Positions 30,901-40,800 of a stretch of DNA of 64,000 bases are shown here, one piece after another. The stretch spans positions 370,512,001 to 370,576,000 of the forward strand of contig OZ024742.1 of assembly GCA_964016885.1 (NCBI GenBank), read 5' to 3'. The notes beneath the pieces were generated by a model, which saw nothing but the letters and a program-made list of their open reading frames with translations, was not told the origin of the DNA and did no database searches. The position numbers were made by a program, and so were the translations under genes. Origin of the DNA: Eledone cirrhosa (taxonomy: Eukaryota). Each line of letters starts with the position of its first letter. Within the stretch, counting starts at the first letter, position 1.

Positions 30901-33900
30901 CTGGTCTTATGCTGTCACATTGCTTATACTGGTGACATGGTCTTATGCTGTCACATTGCTTCTACTGGGGACATGGTCTTATGCTGTCACATTGCTTCTA
31001 CTAGTGACCTGGTCTTATACTGTCACATTGCGTCTACTGGTGACCTGGTCTTATACTGTCACATTGCTTCTACTGGGGACATGGTCTTATGCTGTCACAT
31101 TGCTTCTACTAGTGACCTGGTCTTATACTGTCACATTGCTTCTACTAGTGACCTGGTCTTATACTGTCACATTGCTTCTAATAGTGACCTGGTCTTATAC
31201 TGTCACATTGCTTCTACTGGTGACCTGGTCTTATACTGTCACATTGCTTCTACTGGTCACCTGGTCTTATCATGTAACAATGCTTCTATTGGTGACCTGG
31301 TCTTATACTGTCACATTGCTTCTACTGGTCACCTGGTCTTATACTGTCACATTGCTTCTACTGGTCAGCTGGTCTTATCATGTAACAATGCTTCTATTGG
31401 TGACCTGGTCTTATACTGTCATGTTGCTTCTACTGGTCACCTGGTCTTATCCTGTCACATTACTTCTACCGGAGACCTGGTCTTATACTGTCACATTGCT
31501 TCTACTGGTGACCTGGTCTTATACTGTCACATTGCTTCTACTGGTCAGCTGGTCTTATCATGTAACAATGCTTCTATTGGTGACCTGGTCGTATACTGTC
31601 ACATTGCTTCTACTGGTCACCTGGTCTTATCCTGTCACATTGCTTCTACTGGATACCTGGTCTTATACTGTCACATTGCTTGTACTGGTGACCTGGTCTT
31701 ATACTGTCACATTGCTTCTACTGGTGACCTGGTCTTATACTGTCACATTGTTTCTACTGGTGACCTGGTCTTATACTGTCACATTGCTTCTACTAGTAAC
31801 CTTGTCTTATACTGTCACATTGCTTCAACTAGTGACCTTGTCTTATACTGTCACATTGCTTCTACTGGTGACCTTGTCTTATGCTGTCACAATGCTTCTA
31901 CTGGTGACCTGGTCTTATGCTGTCACGTTGCTTCTACTGGTGACCTGGTCTTATCGTGTCACAATGCTTCTACTGGTGACCTGGTCTTATGCTGTCACAT
32001 TGCTTCTACTGGTGACCTGGTCTTATGCTGTCACATTGCTTATACTGGTGACCTGGTCTTATGCTGTCACAATGCTTCTACTGGTGACCTGGTCTTATGC
32101 TGTCACATTGCTTCTACTGGTGACCTGGTCTTATGCTGTCACATTGCTTATACTGGTGACCTGGTCTTATGCTGTCACATTGCTTCTACTGGTGACCTGG
32201 TCTTATGCTGTCACATTGCTTATACTGGTGACCTGGTCTTATACTGTCTCATTGCTTCTACTGGTGACCTGGTCTTATGCTGTCACATTGCTTATACTGA
32301 TGACCTGGTCTTATACTGTCACATTGCTTCTACTGGTGACCTGGTCTTATACTGTCACAATGCTTCTACTGGTGACCTGGTCTTATGCTGTCACATTGCT
32401 TCTACTGGTGACCTGGTCTTATGCTGTCACATTGCTTATACTGGTGACCTGGTCTTATGCTGTCACATTGCTTCTACTGGTGACCTGGTCTTATACTGTC
32501 ACATTGCTTCTACAGGTGACATGGCCTTATGCTGTCACATTGCTTCTCCTGGTGACCTGGTCTTATACTGTCACATTGCTTCTACTGGTGACCTGGTCTT
32601 ATACTGTCACATTGCTTCTACTGGTGACCTGGTCTTATGCTGTCACATTGCTTCTACTGGTGACCTGGTCTTATACTGTCACATTGCTTCTACAGGTGAC
32701 ATGGCCTTATGCTGTCACATTGCTTCTCCTGGTGACCTGGTCTTATACTGTCACATTGCTTCTACTGGTGACATCGTCTTATGCTGTCACATTGCGTCTA
32801 CTGGTGATATGGTCTTATGCTGTCATATTGCGTCTACTGGTGACCTGGTCTTATACTGTCACATTGCTTCTACTAGTGACCTGGTCTTATACTGTCACAG
32901 TGCTTCTAATAGTGACCTGGTCTTATACTGTCACATTGCTTCTACTGGTGACCTGGTCTTATACTGTCACATTGCTTCTACTGGTCACTTGGTCTTATGC
33001 TGTCACATTGCTTCTACTGCTGACCTGGTCTTATACTGTCACAATGCTTCTACTGGTGACCTGGTCTTATACTGTCACATAGCTTCTACTGGTGACCTGG
33101 TCTTATCATGTCACAATGCTTCTACTGGTGACCTGGTCTTATACTGTCACAATGCTTCTACTGGTGACCTGGTCTTATACTGTCACATTGCTTCTACTGG
33201 TGACCTGGTCTTATCATGTCACAATGCTTCTACTGGTGACCTGGTCTTATACTGTCACATAGCTTCTACTGGTGACCTGGTCTTATCATGTCACAATGCT
33301 TCTACTGGTGACATGGTCTTATGCTGTCACATTGCTTATACTGGTGACATGGTCTTATGCTGTCACATTGCTTCTACTGGTGACCTGGTCTTATGCTGTC
33401 ACATTGCTTCTACTAGTGACCTGGTCTTATACTGTCACATTGCTTCTACTGGTGACCTGGTCTTATCATGTCACAATGCTTCTACTGGTGACCTGGTCTT
33501 ATACTGTCACATTGCTTATACTGGTGACATGGTCTTATGCTGTCACATTGTCTTATGCTGTCACATTGCTTCTACTGGTGACCTTGTCTTATGCTGTCAC
33601 ATTGCTTCTACTGGTGACCTGGTCTTATACTGTCACATTGCTTGTACTGGTGACCTGGTCTTATGCTGTCACATTGCTTCTACTGGTGACCTGGTCTTAT
33701 CATGTCACATTGCTTCTACTGGTGACCTGGTCTTATACTGTCACATTGCTTATACTGGTGACATGGTCTTATGCTGTCACATTGCTTCTACTGGTGACCT
33801 TGTCTTATGCTGTCACATTGCTTCTACTGGTGACCTGGTCTTATACTGTCACATTGCTTCTACTGGTGACCTGGTCTTATGCTGTCACATTGCTTCTACT

Positions 33901-34700
33901 GGTGACCTGGTCTTATCATGTCACATTGCTTCTACTGGTGACCTGGTCTTATGCTGTCACATTGCTTCTACTGGTGACCTGGTCTTATCATGTCACATTG
34001 CTTCTGCTGGTGACCTGGTCTTATACTGTCACATTGCTTCTACTGGTGACCTGGTCTTATGCTGTCACATTGCTTCTACTGGTGACCTGGTCTTATACTG
34101 TCACATTGCTTCTACTGGTGACCTGGTCTTATGCTGTCACATTGCTTCTACTGGTGACCTGGTCTTATGCTGTCACATTGCTTATACTGGTGACATGGTC
34201 TTATGCTGTCACATTGCTTCTACTGGTGACCTGGTCTTATGCTGTCACATTGCTTCTACTGGTGACCTGGTCTTATCATGTCACAATGCTTCTACTGGTG
34301 ACCTGGTCTTATGCTGTCACATAGCTTCTACTGGTGACCTGGTCTTATCATGTCACAATGCTTCTACTGGTGACCTGGTCTTATACTGTCACATTGCTTC
34401 TACTGGTGACCTGGTCTTATGCTGTCACATTGCTTATACTGGTGACATGGTCTTATGCTGTCACATTGCTTCTACTGGGGACATGGTCTTATGCTGTCAC
34501 ATTGCTTCTACTAGTGACCTGGTCTTATACTGTCACATTGCGTCTACTGGTGACCTGGTCTTATACTGTCACATTGCTTCTACTGGGGACATGGTCTTAT
34601 GCTGTCACATTGCTTCTACTAGTGACCTGGTCTTATACTGTCACATTGCTTCTACTAGTGACCTGGTCTTATACTGTCACATTGCTTCTACTGGTGACCT
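27990..34700. repeat. Tandem segmental duplication, 3,276-bp unit (91 monomers) x2
   Basis: ACAGTGCTTCTAATAGTG at 29621/32897, TTATCATGTAACAATG at 27991/31267, and ORF starts at 29996/33272. The offset becomes 3,510 (30824/34334) after an 18-bp plus 6-monomer gain in the second copy. Confidence 0.9.
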
Positions 34701-37700
34701 TGTCTTATGCTGTCACATTGCTTCTACTGGTGACCTGGTCTTATACTGTCACATTGCTTCTACTGGTGACCTGGTCTTATGATGTCACATTGCTTCTACT
34801 GGTGACCTGGTCTTATGCAGTCACATTGCTTCTACTGGTGACCTGGTCTTATACTGTCACATTGCTTCTACTGGTGACCTTGTCTTATATTGTCACATTG
34901 CTTCTACTAGTGACCTGGTCTTATACTGTCACATTGCTTCTACTGGTGACCTGGTCTTATACTGTCACGTTGCTTCTACTGGTGACCTGGTCTTATACTG
35001 TCACATTGCTTCTACTGGTGACCTGGTCTTATACTGTCACGTTGCTTCTACTGGTGACCTGGTATTATACTGTCACATTGCTTCTACTGGTGAGCTGGTC
35101 TTATACTGGCACATTTTTTCTACTGGTGACCTGGTCTTATACTGTCACATTGCTTCTACGGGTGACCTTGTATTATACTGTCACATTGCTTCTACTAGTG
35201 ACCTGGTCTTATACTATCACATTGCTTCTACTGGTGACCTTGTCTTATACTGTCAAATTTCTTTTACTGGTGACCTTGTCTTATGCTGTCACATTGCTTC
35301 TACTAGTGACCTGGTCTTATACTGTCACATTGCTTCTACTAGTGACTGGTCTTATACTGTAACATTGCTTCTACTGGTGACCTGGTCTTATGCTGTCACA
35401 TTGCTTCTACTGGTGACCTGGTCTTATGCTGTCACATTGCTTCTACTAGTGACCTGGTCTTATACTGTCACATTGCGTCTACTGGTGACATGGTCTTATG
35501 CTGTCACATTGCTTCTACTAGTGACCTGGTCTTATACTGTCACATTGCGTCTACTGGTGACCTGGTCTTATACTGTCACATTGCTTCTACTGGGGACATG
35601 GTCTTATGCTGTCACATTGCTTCTACTAGTGACCTGGTCTTATGCTGTCACATTGCTTCTACTAGTGACCTGGTCTTATGCTGTCACATTGCTTCTACTG
35701 GTGACCTGATCTTATGCTGTCACATTGCTTCTACTGGTGACCTGGTCTTATACTGTCACATTGCTTCTACTGGTGACCTGGTCTTATCATGTCACAATGC
35801 TTCTACTGGTGACCAGGTCTTATACTGTCACATAGCTTCTACTGGTGACCTGGTCTTATCATGTCACAATGCTTCTACTGGTGACCTGGTCTTATACTGT
35901 CACATTGCTTCTACTGGTGACCTGGTCTTATGCTGTCACATTGCTTATACTGGTGACATGGTCTTATGCTGTCACATTGCTTCTACTGGGGACATGGTCT
36001 TATGCTGTCACATTGCTTCTACTAGTGACCTGGTCTTATACTGTCACATTGCGTCTACTGGTGACCTGGTCTAATACTGTCACATTGCTTCTACTAGTGA
36101 CCTGGTCTTATACTGTCACATTGCTTCTAATAGTGACCTGGTCTTATACTGTCACATTGCTTCTACTGGTGACCTGGTCTTATACTGTCACTTTGCTTCT
36201 ACTAGTGACCTGGTCTTATACTATCACATTGCTTCTACTAGTGAAATGGGCTTATACTGTCACATTGCTTCTACTGGTGACCTGGACTTATACTGTCACA
36301 TTGCTTCTACTGGTGACCTGGTCTTATAGTGTCACATTGTTTCTACTGGTGACCTGGTCTTATACTGTCACATTGCTTCTACTGGTGACCTTGTCTTATA
36401 CTGTCACATTGCTTCTACTAGTGACCTGGTCTTATACTATCACATTGCTTCTACTGGTGACCTTTTCTTATACTGTCACATTGCTTCTACTGGTGACCTT
36501 GTCTTATGCTGTCACATTGCTTCTACTGGTGACCTGGTCTTATACTGTCACATTGCTTCTACTGGTGACCTGGTCTTATGATGTCACATTGCTTCTACTG
36601 GTGACCTGGTCTTATGCAGTCACATTGCTTCTACTGGTGACCTGGTCTTATACTGTCACATTACTTCTACTGGTGACCTGGTCTTATACTGTCACATTGC
36701 TTCTACTGGTGACCTTGTCTTATATTGTCACATTGCTTCTACTAGTGACCTGGTCTTATACTGTCACATTGCTTCTACTGGTGACCTGGTCTTATACTTG
36801 CACGTTGCTTCTACTGGTGACCTGGTCTTATACTGTCACATTGCTTCTACTGGTGACCTGGTCTTATACTGTCACGTTGCTTCTACTGGTGACCTGGTAT
36901 TATACTGTTACAATGCTTCTTCTGGTGACCTGGTCTTATACTGGCACATTTTTTCTACTGGTGACCTGGTCTTATACTTTCACATTGCTTCTACTGGTGA
37001 CCTTGTATTATACTGTCACATTGCTTCTACTAGTGACCTGGTCTTATACTATCACATTGCTTCTACTGGTGACCTTGTCTTATACTGTCAAATTTCTTTT
37101 ACTGGTGACCTTGTCTTATGCTGTCACATTGCTTCTACTGGTGACCTGGTCTTATACTGTCACATTGCTTCTACTAGTGACTGGTCTTATACTGTGACAT
37201 TGCTTCTACTGTTGACCTGATCTTATACTGTCACATTGCTTGTACTGGTGACCTTCTCTTATACAGTCACATTGCTTCTACTGGTGACCTTGTCTTATGC
37301 TGTCACATTGCTTCTACTGGTGACTTTGTCTTATACTCTCACATTGCTTCTACTGGTGACCTGGTCTTATACTGTCACATTGCTTCTACAGGTGACCTGG
37401 TCTTATACTATCTCATTGCTTCTACTGGTGACCTGGTCTTATACTCACACATTGCTTCTACTGGTGACCTGGTCTTATGATGTCACATTGCTTCTACTGG
37501 TGACCTGGTCTTATGCAGTCACAATGCTTTTACTGGTGACCTGGTCTTATACTGTCACATCGCTTCTACTGGTGACCTGGTCTTATATTGTCACATTTCT
37601 TCTACTAGTGACCTGGTCTTATACTGTCACATTGCTTCTACTGGTGACCTGGTCTTATACTATCACATTGCTTCTACTTGTGACCTGGTCTTATACTGTC

Positions 37701-37825
37701 ACATTGCTTCTACTAGTGACCTGGTCTTATACTGTCACATTGCTTCTACTGGTGACCTCGTCTTATACTGTCATATTGCTTCTACATGTGACCTGGTCTT
37801 ATACTGTCACATTGCTTGTACTGGT

Positions 37826-37878
37826 TCTACAATACAAAGCTGTTTGTTTTAATATGTTTATATTTATCTAAAATATTC
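37826..37878. other. Unique 53-bp AT-rich spacer joining the two satellite arrays
   Basis: TCTACAATACAAAGCTGTTTGTTTTAATATGTTTATATTTATCTAAAATATTC, 10/53 G+C. It matches neither monomer, except that the first 5 nt (TCTAC) could be a scrap of the 36-mer. Confidence 0.92.
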
Positions 37879-40800
37879 CATGTAGGTGTCATCAGAAAAA
37901 GCACATAGTCCACACTGTAAAGTGGCCATGTTGGTGTCATAAGAAAAAGCACCCGATCCACACTGTGAAGTAGTCGTGTAGGTGTCATGACAAAAAGCAC
38001 CCAGTCCACACTGTAAAGTGGTCATGTCGGTGTCACGACAGAAAGTACACAGTCCACACTGTAAAGTGGTCATGTCGGTGCCACAATCATAAATACACAG
38101 TCCACACTGTAAAGTGGTCATGTTGGTGTCATGACAAAAAGCACCCAGTCCACACTGTAAAGTAGTCGTGTAGGTGTCATGACTAAAAGCACCCAGTCCA
38201 CACTGTAAAGTGGTCATGTAAGTGTCACAACAAAAAGCACCAAGTCCACATTGTAAAGTAGTCGTGTAGGTGTCATGACAAAAAGCACCCACTCCACACT
38301 GTAAAGTGGTCATGTAGGTGTCACAATAAAAGTACCCAGTCCACACTGTTAAGTGGTCATATAGGTCTCATAAGAAAAAGAACCCAGTCCACACTGTAAA
38401 GTGGTCATTTACGTGTCACAATTAAAAGTACCTAGGCCACACTGTAAAGTGGTCATTTACGTGTCACAATCAAAAGTACCCAGTCCACACTGTAACGTAG
38501 TCGTGTAGGTGTCATGACAAAAAGCACCCAGTCCACACTGTAAAGTGATCATGTAGGTGTCACAATAAAAATACCCAGTCCACGCTGTAAAGTGGTCTTG
38601 TAGGTGTCACGACAGAAAGTATCCATTCCACACTGTAAAGTGGTCTTGTAGGTGTCACAATAAAATGTGCCCAGTCCACACTGTAAAGAGGTCATGTTGG
38701 TGTCACAATACAAAGCACCCAGTCCACAGTGTAAAGTGGTCATGTAGGTGTCACAATAAAAAGTACCCAGTCCACACTGTAAAGTAGTCATGTAGGTGTC
38801 ACAATAAAAAGTACCCAGTCCACACTGTAAAGTAGTCATGTAGGTGTCACAATAAAATGTGCCCATTCCACACTGTAAAGTGGTCATGTAGGTGTCACAA
38901 TAAAAAGTACCCAGTCCACACTGTAAAGTAGTCATGTAGGTGTCACAATAAAATGTGCCCAGTCCACACTGTAAAGTGGTCATCTAGGTGTCACTATAAA
39001 AAGCACCCAATCCACACTGTAAAGTGGTCATGTAGGTGTCACGACAAAAACACCCAGTCCACACTGTAAAGTGGTCATGTAGGTTCCACAACAAAAAGTA
39101 CCCAGTTCACACTGTAAAGTAGTCATGTAGGTGTCACAATAAAAAGTACCCAGTCCACACTGTAAAGTAGTCATGTAGGTGTCACAATAAAATGTGCCCA
39201 GTCCACACTGTAAAGTGGTCATGTCGGTGTCACAATAAAAATCAACCAGTCCACAGTGTAAAGTGGTCATGTAGGTGTCACGACAGAAAGTACACAGTCC
39301 ACACTGTAAAGTGGTCATGTAGGTGGCACAATAAAAAGCACCCAGTCCACACTGTAACCTGGCCATGTTGGTGTCATAAGAAAAAGCACCCAGTCCACAC
39401 TGTAAAGTGGTCATGTCGGTGTCACAATCATAAATACCCATTCCACACTCTAGAGTGGTCATGTTGGTGTCACGACAAAAAGTACCCAGTCCACACTGTT
39501 AAGTGGTCATGTAGGTGTCATAAGAAAAAGCACCCAGTCCACACTGTATAGTAGTTGTGTAGGTGTCATGACCAAAAGCACCCAGTCCACACTGTAAAGT
39601 GGTTATGTAAGTGTCACAACAAAAAGCACCAAGTCCACATTGTAAAGTAGTCGTGTAGGTATCATGACAAAAAGCACCCAGTCCACACTGTAAAGTGTTC
39701 ATGAAGGTGTCACAATAAAAGTACCCAGTCCACACTGTTAAGTGGCCATATAGGTGTCATAAGAAAAAGCACCCAGTCCACACTGTAAAGTGGTCGTGTA
39801 GGTGTCACAATAAAAGCACACAGTGCACACTGTAAAGTAGTCGTGTAGGTGTCATGACAAAAAGCACCCAGTCCACAGTGTAAAGTGATCATGTAGCTGT
39901 CACAATAAAAATACCCAGTCCACACTGTAAAGTGATCATGTAGGTTTCACAATAAAATGCACCCAGTCCACACTGTAAAGTTGTCATGTAGGTGTCAAGA
40001 CAAAAAATACCCAGTCCACACTGTAAAGTGGTCATGTAGGTGTCACGACAAAAATACCCAGTCCACACTGTAAAGTGGTTATGTAGGTGTCATGACAAAA
40101 CGTACCCAGTCCACACTGTAAAGTGTCATGTAGGTGTCATAAAAAAAAGCACCCAGTCCACACCGTAAAGTGGTCATGTCAGTGTCACAATAAAAATCAC
40201 CCAGTCCAGGGTGTAAAGTGGTCATGTACGTGTCACGACAAAAAGTACACAGTCCACACTGTAAAGTGGTCATGTAGGGGTCACAATCAAATGTACCAGG
40301 CTCACACTGTAAAGTGGTCATGTAGGTGTCACGACAAAAACTACTCAGTCCACACTGTTAAGTGGTCATGTAGGTGTCACAATAAAAAGCACTCAGTCCA
40401 CACAATAAATTGGCCATGTAGGTGTCATGAGAAAAAGCACCCAGTCCACACTGTAAAGTGGTCATATCAGTTTCACCATCAAAAGTACCCAGTCCACACT
40501 GTAAAGTGGTCATGTAGGTGTCACAATAAAAAGTACCCAGTCCACACTGTAAAGTGATCATGTAGGTTTCACAATAAAAAGCACCCGGTCCACAGTGTAA
40601 AGTGGTCATGTAGGTGTCACGACAAAAAGTACACAGTCCACACTGTAAAGTGGTCATGTAGGTGTCACAATAAAAAGCACCCAGTCCACACTGTAAAGTG
40701 GTCATGTTGGTGTCATAAGAAAAAGCACCCAGTCCACACTGTAAAGTGGTCCTGTCGGTGTCACAATCAAAAGTACCCAGTCCACACTGTGAAGTGGCCA

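Larger units (their letters stand above)
1..37825. repeat. Satellite array A: head-to-tail 36-bp monomer CTGGTCTTATACTGTCACATTGCTTCTACTGGTGAC, ~1,050 copies, continues beyond the left window edge
   Basis: Uninterrupted 36-bp periodicity with point variants and occasional 35-bp monomers. The consensus is 44% GC, T-rich on + (14 T, 6 A) and has no CpG. The ORF track shows the 12-aa periodic translations (VTWSYTVTLLLL and CHIASTGDLVLY). The last monomer ends ...GCTTGTACTGGT at 37825. Confidence 0.99.

Noticed and set aside
25250-34782. Very long + strand ORFs (1,518 aa VTWSYTVTLLLL repeats; 1,845 aa CHIASTGDLVLY repeats) as protein-coding genes
   Set aside because: The 36-bp consensus is stop-free in two overlapping + frames, so long ORFs are automatic. 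There are no unique N- or C-terminal domains, ORFs swap frames at 35-bp monomers, and stops are scattered in paralogous copies.
1-37825. CRISPR array (36-bp repeat with GTCAC/GTGAC dyad)
   Set aside because: The repeats are directly head-to-tail with no unique spacers, no cas genes and no leader. Variation is by point substitution.
37826-37878. Junction as a promoter, intrinsic terminator, CRISPR leader or Helitron terminus
   Set aside because: It is only AT-rich, with weak A/T-dominated stems. There is no GC-rich hairpin plus CTRR end, the TC start is not preceded by A, there are no TIRs or TSDs, and there is no adjacent gene.
37827-38009. Short ORFs crossing the junction (37827-38009 minus, 37236-37871 plus, 37864-38346 minus)
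   Set aside because: These are repeat-frame read-throughs that end at the first stop in the AT-rich spacer. Nothing supports coding function.
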